NCBI GenBank assembly: GCA_002189035.1
Contig: CM007989.1
Coordinates: forward strand, 806,001-870,000
Source: Utricularia gibba
Lineage: Eukaryota; Plantae; Magnoliophyta
Direction: 5' to 3'
DNA: 64,000 nucleotides
The notes beneath the pieces were generated by a model that saw only the letters and a list, made by a program, of their open reading frames with translations, had not been told where the DNA came from and did not search any database. Shown here piece by piece: positions 47,724 to 60,600 of this stretch; positions within the stretch are counted from its first letter, which is position 1, and each line of letters opens with the position of its first letter. The position numbers and the translations under genes are program-made.

Positions 47724-49923
47724 TCAGTCCACTTGGGATGTTTCCCGGCTCTGCGAGCTCGACTGCCTGAGCTCTTTCATACGTTTCACCACATCTGATA
47801 TTGTGGGGCGTGTATCGGGGAACTGTGCAGTGCAGTCTATCCCAAGTTGCAGGAGCTGCACCATTTCGTCCTCAACATTCTGGTAGCGAAGGAGCTCGAT
47901 ATCAAACACTTCTGAAGTCCACTCTTCTCGTACAACTGATTGCACCCACCGTGGGAGATCAACCCCATCCTCGTTCAATAGGGAATGTGTGGGAGCTTTG
48001 CCTGTGAGAAGCTCCAAAAGAAGCACACCAAAGCTATAAACATCCGCTTTTTGGGAAACCCTGCGAGGATCAGTGACCTCTGGGGCACGATACCCAGCCA
48101 CACGTGTTGGAGAGGATGAAGATCCCACCAGTTGGTTGAGTCCAAAGTCTGAGACTTGAGGCTCGTAGGAATTGGTGAGAAGAATGTTTGATGATTTTAT
48201 GTTGCCATGTGATACATTGGGACCTTGAAAGTGAAGATATTCAATACCCTTGCTGCTCCAAGGGCAATACCAGTACGCATTTCCCAGTTCAATGGCGTCC
48301 TGCTGGCCCCTTTGTTCCCTGGACAATCAAAAAGCTAAACGCATTAGAGGACATACCCTTGATATGATCAACATTTCCATTACAGCATATAAGAGTACCA
48401 CAAATGAAACAACAGTTCTAAGGATTAACACCGCCTAAAACGACATCTTGACAGAAAGGCATAAAGGCAATGCTCAAAACAAAGCATGGTTCTCCTAAAC
48501 CTATGGGATAATAGAAACAAAGTTGTTGAACATGACACCGCTCAAACAAACATCATTTACCATGTAGAAAAGCAGATAGACTTCCCATTTCCATGTAGTC
48601 AAAGACAAGAAGCTTCTCTTCTCTACTGAAGTAATAAGCTTGAAGAGGCACAAGATTCTCATGATTCATAGCCCCGATTCCTTCTATTTTCTCCCTGAAT
48701 TCCCTCTCAGAAAGAGTCACATCTTTTAATCTCTTCACAGCCACCACGGTGCCCACTTCCAGCACCGCCTTGTACGCTGTTCCGAATGTCCCCTTTCCGA
48801 GGACCTCAGCGGAAGCCCTTAACAACTCCTCCAAATCAAACACTCTCCAAGTATTTCTGAAAAATACCAATTTCTTTGGAGCAGCGACTGCTCCACTTTC
48901 AGCCTTTGCACTTCCGGTAGCTGTCAATGCAGCAGCTGCTGCTGCAGTGGCTGAAAACCCGTTAGTCATACCATCATTTTCAGGTTCAACAGTAGGTTTC
49001 CCTCTGGCTTCATTTTCATGGTGCTTAATTGCCACCAAGTCCACAGATCTACCTTTACTTCCACTTCTCTTCCTACACAAAATAAACACAAGCAACAACA
49101 GCAAAATGAAACCCACAAGAGATCCAATCACAATTCCTGCAATTGCGCCACCGGACAGCTTCCTTTTTCTACTTCCTCCCACATAGATGTTTTCCCCAGG
49201 TGAACTCGCCGGTGTTTCCGCATTACTGGCAACACAATCATTATCAAGAGGCTTTCCGCAAAGAGATGTACCCAGAAAAGCATCTTTCGGAATTCCCTCA
49301 AGACCCCTAGGCACAGAGCCGTTCAAATTGTTGAAAGATACATTGAACTGCTCAAGATTGGGAAGCACAACATCCGGCAAACTCCCGTTAAACTGGTTGT
49401 TCTCCAAGAAAAACGTTCTCAAACGGGTCAAATTGTTAAATCCAGAAGAAATTTCGCCGGAAAAATCATTAGAAGCAAGATTTAACCGCACTAGAGAATG
49501 CAGGGACAAAAGAGAATCGGGTACAGGCCCACTGAACTGGTTCCCCTGAAGATAAAGATTTCGTAGTTCAGAGAGATTAGAAAGGTCGCTGGGAAGAGAG
49601 CCAGAGAGGTGATTGAAACGGAGGCTCAGCGTCCGTAGAGAAGTTAAGCTTGAAATTGTACCAGCAGGGAGAACCCCAGAAAGAGAAGCTCCCGGCAAAC
49701 GAAGAATAGTAACGCGATTGTTTTCACAGAGAACTCCCTGCCAGTTGCATGGGCTCTCAAGAGTGGTATTCCAGAAAAGGGTCCGGCCGCCGACGGCAGA
49801 GCGTAGAGCTAGCAGTGCCGCCCTATCCGTGGACAGATCTGAAGAAGCACAAGAGGAGAAGAGATGGAGAACAAGGAAAAGAAGCAGCGCGAAATGCAGC
49901 TTCCCAACCGGAATCAGAGGCAT
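47724..49923 (-). CDS. LRR-III atypical receptor kinase, RLK902/RKL1-like (apparent -1 frameshift at 48247-48249)
   Basis: Exon 49923-48561 carries the signal peptide, LRRs, TM segment and FDLEELLRASAEVLGKGTFGTAYKA. Exon 48318-47724 carries GNKGASRTPLNWE, HGNIKSSN, VSDFG and GYRAPE. GAARG/IEYLH needs one extra G. HGN instead of HRD is typical of this atypical-kinase clade. Confidence 0.92.
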
Positions 49924-52788
49924 TTTCTTCCGTTCACCAGAAGCTCCGTCTCACGATCAACTGCAGATTTTCGGGAGACCGGCGTAGCCGCAACGGCGGA
50001 GAAGCATGATCCGGCTGCGCGTAGAAAAACAAAAAACCAAAAGCAAAATGTGGGTCGCTGAGAGACTCTGAAAAATCTAGACAGAGAAACGGAAGTCGTG
50101 TTTTGTGCACTCCATAGCCGTGAAGGTGTGAAGTGCATCCATCAATCAGGTTGCGAAGAATTTGGGGCCAAACTGTGATTTCTGGAACTTGTGGGGCGAC
50201 TACAGACAGTTTTTCCCACTTGTAGAAAGACGGTCAAGCTGGCAAAGCACCCTCCCGCTTTCAAAAGCTGTTGCAGTAACAATTAACATCGTACAAGGCC
50301 CTTCTTGCCCAAATTTTAAATCACAATTATGATATATTTTTTAAACAAATTTTTTAAATTTTAAATTTTAAAAATTTAAAGAATAAGTAAATATAGAATA
50401 ATTAACCCATCGTATCGAACCGGGTCGGGTTCAAACCGGCAGACTCGGATCTTGCATCATTACACTCCAAATGAAGCGGTTCTTGGCACACAGCACATCA
50501 ACTACCATGGCCTGTTTCCATTGGAGCACAAGTGATAATCATATGATTTTTATGTCACTGTCGTTCCAGCTGTCGCACCCCCTGTGGCCTCATTTTTATG
50601 TCCATGTCCTTACACCTACTCTCTCACAAAATTGTCCATTTTCATGGACAATCCAATAGCAACTATTTATATGCTATCATTTGTAAAAAAAAATTAATAA
50701 TATTATATTACAACTTTGTCTTTCATATAAATTTTAATTCTTTTTTTATTTATTCTAAATTTATTTGTATAATTTATATGTCAACCATGACTTTAATTAT
50801 AACCACATGATACATCTTATATAAATACCAATAATTCAAGCACGTAAATTAATATTTGAAAGTCGATCATGTTAGTCCATTAAAATTTGCTCGTTGTTGG
50901 ATCTTGAAAGATGGATTTATATTAACATTCAAGAGATAATCTCAATACGAGTATGATAGAAATATTACTATATCTTATAAACTATGATTATTTTGATTGC
51001 ATACACCATACTGCTTCAAACCTCATTCTAAAAAGATCATGTTGGTCCATTAAAATCGGTATTTTCATGTATCATTCGCTTCTTTTCATATTATGATAAT
51101 TCACGTTGTACACTATGTATCATTTCAAAGCTCATTCCGATTTGGTCATATTTAATTATGAAAGGTCGATCGTGTAATGAAATCTTTTAGCACAAAAGAT
51201 GTCCTAAGTGGCGCCGCAATATGGCAAGGACGATTGGAACAATATAAATCAAGACCTCCATTTTGGGTTATTTTTTATTTCCACAAAATGTGCTATCCAC
51301 TCAAAACCCACTGGTTGTGTTTGATGTATAGTTTAGATTGGTTTTAGGAGTATTTTATTTAACATACGTGTTTGTTAACAAGTTTTAACTTAAAATTAAA
51401 ATTCAATCTAAAATGATTTTAAATTTAAATCCATAAATACGTTTTATTTTTATTCACATTACCAGTAGTACTACTCCAAAGAAACGCAGAGGAGTCCTTG
51501 TGGGGTAAGCGAAATTCCAGACAAGAATGAACTGGTTGCGGCACGGGTCTGGTGCGCCAGGGAATTGAAGGACGGTGGGTGGGAGCCGGCGCACCAAATC
51601 ATTTATTGCCGATCCAGGCAACCCAATGAAGGTACGGAGTGACTTCGCCATCGCTCCATTTACTCTACGACGTATCTGTCATCTGTCCCTCTCCCAACTC
51701 ATTCCCTTTTCCTTAGGGTTTAACCCCATGGATCGCGATCCGGATCGATGCAAATCCCATCAACTTCCCTGCACTTTTTCCTTTAAATCGAGAGATTCAT
51801 TCCGATCCGATCCGATCCAAGAGCAAGCAGCCGGAATCCAGCTCAATTATTCCCACGGCTGCGGACGGTGGGTTGCTCCCGATCCGGCCTCTAGGGCACC
51901 CAAATTGTGATTGCCGCCCTCGGAAGTAGAGTGCGGGGTAGCGTGGCGTCCACCCCTAAAGCCTAAAGCGCTGCTCCCCCTTTTTTATCGCGGAACACTC
52001 TTTTGACTTTACAAATCATTTTATATTACACCAATTGATTGATTTTAATAATTTTTAAACCAATTTAATCCTAATTTAAATTCAATTTAATTTAATATTA
52101 TATTCAATTCATGATTTTAAAACAGTGAACTTATTTATTTTTTGTAATTTTTTATTTCAAGGCCTATTCCACCCATCCATGATTAATTTTGGGGGGAATG
52201 GGGCAATAAAACAAATAGATGTGAACTTACTTTATATTTTTCAGTGTACGGTAACTAAAAGTAAAAGTGATCTTTAAACCAGAGAAGAGCCTCGTCGAGG
52301 AAGCCCACGTCATCATCCTTTTAGATTTTGAAATGCGGACAAGTGAAAGCATCCAGTGAGGACTCATAATGGGTGCGCAATAAAAGCAGAGCAAAAAAGA
52401 AAATAATAGCAGCCAAAATTTGTATACATTAAATAATTCACATTAATCATGTCAACGAGGTTGAATAATTAATATCCATAAATAAATATAAAATATTTTT
52501 TTATTTGTTATTTTTTAGGTAATTATATGGTGTCGTATAGTGGGTCACATGAAGTCATCTACTTCTGGGCATATTAAATGGGATGATGGGGGGCAGCTCC
52601 ATGTCTCTACAATTTAGTATTTAATTGTGGGTACGTTTGGTGCTTATTATCATATTATTATGCATTAATAATCGTTATGATAATAATCCATGAAATGCCA
52701 AATAATTGCATCCCACCAAACAATCATTTCGAAAGTAACGCACACGGTAGTTCGAGTTTGGGTTCCATGTGGACCTCAGAAGAATGAG

Positions 52789-52810
52789 GAGAGAGAGAGA
52801 GAGAGAGAGA
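52789..52810. repeat. (GA)11 microsatellite
   Basis: Perfect GA run read directly from the sequence. Confidence 0.95.
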
Positions 52811-53412
52811 GCACTATTGAAAAATTCATCCCAAAAAAAAAAGGAAAAATGGGAGCCGTTGGATCAGGCGATTCCATTTCCCGAGTTTGTTTTTGATGAT
52901 CCGGGTTTGTGATTCCATGGGTGGATGCGATAATTGAGGTATAGAGTAGAGCAGCACTGCTCACTGCTCACTCCCCCGTTTATAGATGGCCTATGACGTA
53001 GGGAAGCGCCGCTTTTAGGAGGGAGAAAGAAACACACCATTGTAGGTACTAGAAGCTAGCCTGCGGGGTCTTGATCAGACTCGAGATAGTGAAATGTCGC
53101 TTGTGCCCTCCTCATCCTCTTTTCAGTTCCCGGTCCGGGTCCGGATCTTCCCTGGACCCGAGTCCTTTGTACCTGTGCTGTTGCCCAACTAGCTCGTTTG
53201 ATGACTTTTTGTATCACGGATAATGCTCCCTCCGCCTACCCATTTCGAATGGAAACATGGCAATCGAAAGCTTAGTGTGATGAAGAGAGACACAGAGAAA
53301 GAAACGACTACTGCTGGTGCTGATCCGAGTTTCAAATTAGGTAGCTTTCTTCATTGGTCCATGAAAACGAGAGCAGGAGGGTAATGCTTCCTACAGCGAC
53401 GGCAGGACGGGC

Positions 53413-53595
53413 TCACTTCATCTTTGCCTCGGTGAACAAAACATGACGGTTGACACGAGGGTCGTATTTTCGAAACTCCAGTTTTATGTTGTTGCTCTGC
53501 AGTCTCTTGGTCTTCTTGACCACGTAGAAGAATCCGGTGCCGGCAGCGGAGACGAGCCGCACCAATGTTGCAGCAGCCTTCTTTTTTTCACCCAT
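53413..53595 (-). CDS. RPL33: Nuclear-encoded organellar (mitochondrial-type) ribosomal protein L33
   Basis: 60-aa ORF with [14 protein letters not shown] and [24 protein letters not shown] probable 5'UTR intron spans 53955-53605 (GCAG/GTAC donor, TTAG acceptor). Confidence 0.93.
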   Translation of the reverse strand: MGEKKKAAATLVRLVSAAGTGFFYVVKKTKRLQSNNIKLEFRKYDPRVNRHVLFTEAKMK

Positions 53596-54040
53596 CTTGA
53601 AGTTCTAATAACCAAAACAACGAAAAAGCTAATCAGATCGCCGATGGGGGCAGCAGGCAAAAGCATCAAAACATCAGCAGGCGAACACCATGTGCGTCGA
53701 ACTGAAATTGCATAGCGTCAGCGAGAATCCTGATTTCGTCTAATTTATGAATTTTCAGTTACTTGTCTACAGCCACGGGAGATTCTTCCCCGCTTACGAT
53801 CCTTCTCTTAGAAAGATCAACCCTAAATTCTGAGCCCTAGGGCCCCGAGTTGGACATCCAATTGCTTCGATTTGAATTAATCGCCGATAAAAGAAGATGC
53901 GAATCAATTGCAGAACGTTACGAAGATCAAATAAAAAAGTGCAACGCCGATGTACCTGCGGAACCACTAGCGGCGGCGGAGACAACAGACGCTCGATGAA
54001 GTGCAGACGTGGGAGACCGAGAAGTGAAGATAATCTCCTT

Positions 54041-54098
54041 GGCCCAAGATAGTTTCATATAATGGGCCAGACACCCCTTTAATATTGAACTTGGCCCA
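54041..54098. promoter_or_regulatory. Site II cluster in the divergent RPL33/SPP promoter region
   Basis: GGCCCA at 54041, TGGGCC at 54063 and GGCCCA at 54093. Confidence 0.5.
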
Positions 54099-54635
54099 AT
54101 TCTTCCTTCGTAAAGTTTTTTCTGGTGTTTGCCTGTTTGGTTTCACCATTTCAATATATTCAAAAATGATTTAATACAAATAGTTGTATTTAATAAATTA
54201 TATTTAATTAATAAATTATAAATAAAATGAAAAATATTTAATTTATATAAAAATATAATTGCACTTTAGATATTCTTTAATTTGTTACAAATGAAAATAA
54301 ATAAAACAATTTTTTATTTTTGGTTCCAATATACCCTCCAACCCACCAATAAAATACCGTCGGGTCGGTATAAACCAACCAAATGCCTCTGAAATCAGTA
54401 CAAAGATAAAAAAAAAAAAAAAAAAAAGAGGTAAAAGTTGGAATGAAAAATCTCCGGTGAGCTGGCTAAAGAGCCACCACACCCTTGCAATCACAGCACA
54501 GCCAACCGCGGCGGAGCCACCACCGTGGGTTCCGAGACAAAATGCATTGCCCTTTGAATATCTTCCCACAATTCTTCGTCATATCTATGCGGATATAACG
54601 CGGCCGATTCGATCAACAATTCCCTATTGCTGAAT

Positions 54636-57600
54636 ATGCAGAGCTCCACAATTTCATTCAATTCTAAACCGGTTCTTGCGCCGATTCGTAAGGATAGTTT
54701 TTGTTATTCCAGAAGGGACGGTGTGAATTCTGGATTGCTTGCAGCTAAGTTTGATCGAGTTCGCCCCTGGAAAGCCACTACTTTGCGCTCCCATAAGGGT
54801 GGGACGTGCGGTGTCCGGATAGTTGGCAGCAAGGCAAGTATTTCGCCTGGAAATAGGGTTTTCTAGAGTTATGATAGATGTTGGTGGGGCAAAATTAATC
54901 GCTGATGCTCAACCTCAAGCTTCTATTTTAGGATTCTGACATGAATGTGTTAAATTGAAGTTTAGGCATCCGGCATGTGATCTTCTATCTCGTAACATTT
55001 GAAAGTTGCTCTCATGCCACCGAAATTATTTTTCACGAATGTGTTGCTTGCGTTCTTCTCTTGCAGCAGAACAAGTGGAGGGGTTATTCATGTGATATTT
55101 ATGAAACAGCGACTCGATCATTATGGAAAGATGCATTTCACGACACATCATGCTTCCGTTCTTACCGAAGAAGGCAAAGATTTGATGTCAAGACATATAA
55201 TCGTGGATTCTTTGTTGAAAAGTCGTCTTTTCGGACGCTGAAGCACAACCTTGATTTCCCCAGTGTAAGGCACTGATACAGATTTATTTTCACTGCTAAA
55301 TCATGGATGATTGATGCATGAAGTTTATGTACGAGTGATGCATAATGAAATAGAGTACTATATGGAGCCTCTTATTGTCATATTGATGGATTATATATTT
55401 GGAATCTCTGATTGCAAGATTCAGTACACGTTTTAAACTGTGGGTTTGTAAATTTTTTTTACATTATTCCTATTTTATGGATTTTCAGACTCATTCCCAA
55501 TTTCTTTGTTGGTCATTTTATGTTATTGTGCTTTGGCATGCACCTTTTTTGGTGTTCCAAAATACCTTGTAATAAACTGTGATGAACTGGTTCTTGATCA
55601 TCAGTTTAAAGCACATGTTGCATGTGCCGCTGCTGGTCCAGATGAGCCACATGCAGCCAGTACAGCTTTGCCTGGTGAGGTTACTGAGAAACAGGTGGCA
55701 GATGCATCGGATTTGCAAATAGATAGAGCTGAACTTGAGAGATTCTTGAGAACTGAGATTCCTTCTCACCCTAAGTTGCATAGGGGACAACTGAAAAATG
55801 GGCTTCGCTATCTTATTTTGCCAAACAAGGTCCCACCTAATAGGTACAGATGTCTTGTGATAGCTCTAAAAACTATTCTGATTCCTAAGTATTAGGAGAT
55901 TCTGAATATCTTTAAGCTGCATTTGCCTCTTGATATGATTTCACTCGCAGAAGAGGCAATGGCCTGACGGTATGGTAATTGTCAATTTTCATTTCATTTT
56001 TTAGATAAGAAAATTAATTGTAGTGTCGCAAGTCCAAGAAGTTAAGCCAAAAAAACTCTAGAAACAAGGTGTTTTCCTTGTGAATTATATGTTTATTTCT
56101 GCAATAAACAATATGGAAATTTCCTTTACAGCTTTTTTATGTGCCTTTTTTCTCAGTTAAACTTTCCTTGTTTGATTTAAAGGTTTGAGGCTCATATGGA
56201 GGTTCATGTTGGGTCCATAGATGAGGAAGACGATGAGCAAGGGATTGCTCATATGATTGAGCATGTTGCATTCCTCGGGAGCAAGAAAAGGGAGAAGCTC
56301 CTTGGGACTGGGGCAAGATCTAATGCATATACAGATTTTCATCATACTGTTTTCCATATTCACTCACCAAGTAGCACGAAGGTTCGTCTATTTTTATCCT
56401 ATGGATGCGAGACTATGTTATGGATTGAAGTGGATTTTGTGCAACTGCAATGCCCTGAAAAATAGGAACCTCAGATGCATCCATCATTTATATCCTGTGA
56501 TGCACTATTTTAAGTAATTCATCGTTCACCATACCTTAGTCTTTTTGTATTGACCCTCTTCTCGTTTTTAGTTTTTGGATTATTGTATTCAGCATCTGTT
56601 TCATTCTTTAAACTAAATAGAGTGAGAAACGATCCCAGGACACTGATGGTGATCTGCTGCCAGTTGTTCTTGATGCTCTAAATGAGGTATCTTTTTTTAA
56701 GTTTTTTTTTCCTCTACGAACATCTTGGTCCTTGTCTAGCCTTAATGAATTCAGATTTGAACTCTAGTCATGAATTTTCTAGATTGCTTTTCATCCCAAA
56801 TTTCTGGCTTCCCGAGTAGAAAAGGAAAGAAGAGCAATTTTATCAGAATTGCAAATGATGAATACCATTGAGTACCGTGTTGATTGCCAGGTACTTTTGT
56901 AGCAAAAGATTGATCCGGCATTATATTATGTATTTTCTAGTTTCTTGCAATTGCTTCCAAAACCAACTTCATATGTTCTTCTAGTTGTTGCAACACTTGC
57001 ATTCTGAGAACAAGTTGAGTCAGAGATTTCCTATTGGATTAGAGGAGCAGATAAAAAAGTGGGATGCTGATAAGATCAGAAAATTTCATGAGAGATGGTA
57101 CTTTCCAGCCAATGCCACTCTGTACATTGTTGGTGATATCAATGACATTTCAAAGACAGTTAACCAGATTGAAGTACGTGCCATTTTTGCATTTCAGTGT
57201 AGTCTGGTTTCCTTTTGAATCCTGTATAAAGTACTAAATGAATTTCAAAAAAACTCGTACAGCAAGTCTTTGGGCAAAAAGGCGCTGAAGTTGAAGCACC
57301 TGCCACACCTGCGCCCAATGCTTTTGGTGCAATGGCTAGTTTCCTTGTTCCTAAGCTACCAGTTGGGTTGTCTAGTAGCTTGTCCTCGGAAAAGTCCCCT
57401 GTTTCTGCTGAGCAACCAAAAAATTTAAAAAAGGAGAGGCATGCAATCCGGCCTCCTGTTGAGCATAGTTGGTGCATTCCTGGAATTTATGCGAGCACAA
57501 AGCTTCCGCAGATATTTAAGCATGAATTGCTTCAGAATTTCTCAATTAACATGTTTTGCAAGGTCATAATTCATGTTTTTAGTACATATTTATTATTCAT

Positions 57601-60600
57601 TTATTGTTACTAAACACCCAAAGTTTTCACATTATAGAAACTTGATTTTTTTTTTACTTAAGCATGCAAAAACATGTTTTTTTATTAGCATTCAAAAACA
57701 GAATTTCTGTGTTGTGATAGTATCTATGTAGGTTACTAATAGTTCTCTTGCTCTCCAAAGGGCACAATAATCCTTTTCACTCAAAAAGAAAGTTTTCCTT
57801 AATATGTCATTGGTGTTTCCAGATCCCTGTGAGGAAGGTCCGAACATATGGTGATTTGCGGAATGTGTTGATGAAAAGGATATTTCTTTCTGCTTTGCAC
57901 TTCCGTATCAATACTAGATACCAGGTGCGTTGATTTTTAAGTTATTGTCTATGATACCTGCCCAAGGCACATTTAGCTTTCCATTTTTTTCTGAGCCGCG
58001 TCTACTTTTGGATAAACTTGCACTGGAACAGTATGTTTTTCGTAGAATGCTGATATCCTGTACATTATCCTGATATTTTGCGGCACTTCATGGTATTATA
58101 AATATATCTCTAACTACAGTACTCTCCAATTTCATAGACCTCAAACCCACCATTTACCTCTGTCGAGTTGGATCATAGTGACTCAGGAAGAGAAGGATGT
58201 ACGGTTACCACACTAACAATGACTGCTGAACCCCAGAATTGGAGAAATGCAGTTAAAGTTGCTGTTCAGGAGGTTTGCTACCTTTATGAGCTTCAGTGCT
58301 TGTTCTTTAGAAATCTTTCTGATAAGCATGTATTCAGCATATTCACATGTTCTCATGTTTTGCTTTTCTACAAGTAAAGTAAGGTTCCATTTGTCACATA
58401 AAATTTGAAACTGGTTATCGTGGTCACAAAATTTTATCATGATCTGTCCCTAAGATATATTTTGTTTTTCCATTACAGGTTAGAAGGCTTAAAGAATTTG
58501 GTGTTACGAAGGGTGAATTAGCCCGATATTTGGATGCACTCCTAAAAGACAGTGAACAATTAGCTGCTATGATTGACAATATATCATCAGTAGATAACCT
58601 AGACTTCATCATGGAAAGTGATGCCCTTGGTCATACAGTGATGGACCAACAACAAGGACATGAGAGCTTACTTGCTGTAGCTGGTACTGTTACGCTTGCA
58701 GAGGTATCTTTGTATTCCAGTTTCATCATATTCTTCTCATGTAATAGTTTTTCCTCCCCTCATAGCGTTCCATGGCACATAGATAGAAACCAAAACATGC
58801 AATGAAAAATAGGAACAGGCATCTTATTATATTCATGCTTTCCCAGCTGCATAAGGAATAAGCAGGGCAGTTGTAATCACATCTTTGATGTCAACATTTC
58901 AGATGCATCATTTAGTTGGATTTGTTATATCTGCAGGTGAATTCTGTTGGTGCAGAGGTTCTGAAATTCATATCAGATTATGGGAACCCATCAGCTCCAC
59001 CTCCAGCTGCAATTGTCGCCTGTGTTCCAAAATATGCGCATGTAGATGGGGTTGGTGAAACAGAATTTAGGATAGAACCAGAGGAGATATTAGCTGCTAT
59101 AGGAGATGGTTTACGAGAACCTATACAGGCTGAGCCTGAGGTAGTCATTTAATGGAATGTTTTATTCATGATATATCAAGAAGTATCAAAAGGGGCTGAC
59201 TAGTCTGATGCTGTGTTGCAATCATGATGGTTCTGGATACTTTTTCAGAAGAGAGTTCTTATCCTCTTTAATTAGGATACCTTTTTCAAATATCTATTTC
59301 ATTTCTGCAGCTTGAGATACCGAAAGAGCTGGTATCAGCACCACAGTTGCTGGGACTGCGGTTGCAAAGAAGCCCATCCTTCATTTCTGTTGATAAAGAA
59401 AAGGAAACGCTGAAAGTTTATGATGAGGATACTAGGATTGTTCAGCGCCTCCTCTCAAATGGAATTCCTGTAAATTACAAGGTAACAGAACATTTCTATT
59501 TTCAAATTTCCAACTTTGTCAAGTTCTTTTTTTATTTTGTAAACACTGGGGTTGAAATTTTGCACCAAGTGACTCATTTGGATTAAAAAAAAAAGTCACC
59601 CATTTGGATACTTACCCTTGTATTTTATTTCTCATTTTAGTTTGTATTATTTTTCATAATTTTTTTTTCTGAGGCCATTTATGCTCCGCTGGTTTCCCTC
59701 CATGTGGTTTGACAAGAAAATAATAAATCTGCATCAAGTGTCATATCTATCAGCTATTCACGCAATGTTGTCAAAGAAGCTCTTTGCAGTTTTTTTAGTT
59801 AGCCTTCATAAATGTCAATGGCTCCTTCACCCATTGATTAGAATACCAATTCGATGTTCAAAGAAATCACACAATTCTTCAAACTTAGAAGTTATTGGAC
59901 TTTGAAACCTGCTGTCTACTACCATGCATGTTTTCCCTAAATAATTGCTGAAATCACATTGCTTTCTTCATAGAAATTTCTGATTGAACCCCCACCTTGA
60001 CCATTGTTTTTTAATCCACTTTTCAATCACTGTTATCTAATTTCTATCTTCATGCCTATAGATATCAAAAAATGAAGCTAACAGCGGTGTCATGCGCCTG
60101 ATAGTTGGTGGTGGGCGAGCAGCTGAAAGTTCTGAAGCTAATGGATCTGTTATTGTTGGTGTTCGAACCCTAAGTGAAGGTGGTCGTGTTGGGAATTTTT
60201 CTCGTGAGCAGGTGACCCAACTTTTTATGTTTTTCTTATCATTTTTTTGTATTTAATCACCAAGTACTCGTTTAAGCTTTTTATTTGTATTATTTAGATG
60301 GATTTATGTTTTTTGGATATGTTGAACTGAATTTTACGTCTTGCTGTTATGTTCCTTTCAAAACCGTTAGGTTTCATCATATTTTATGCAGGTAGAGTTG
60401 TTCTGCGTGAACAACCTTATAAATTGCTCCTTGGAATCCACTGAAGAATTTATATGCATGGAATTTAGATTTACTTTAAGGGACAATGGGATGCGTGCTG
60501 CTTTTCAGCTGCTTCATATGGTTCTTGAGGTGCGTATCTTTTATAATGACTTGTTGTATTTAGGGTAGCGCTATTCAGATATGATTAGTCTTTGTGTTCT

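Noticed and set aside
51560-51990. Telomerase RNA or another Pol III RNA (G-rich start, CTCCCCC plus T run at the end, CCCTAAAGCCTAAA)
   Set aside because: No USE plus TATA promoter at the right spacing, and no telomere template near the 5' end on either strand. The telomere-like bases are a telo-box or lie next to the 3' end. No resemblance to recalled 7SL, MRP, U3 or U-snRNA sequences.
54139-54389. Second Tourist-like MITE (CCTGTTTGGTT ... AACCAAATGCC)
   Set aside because: Only 7 terminal-like bases match and there is no target-site duplication.
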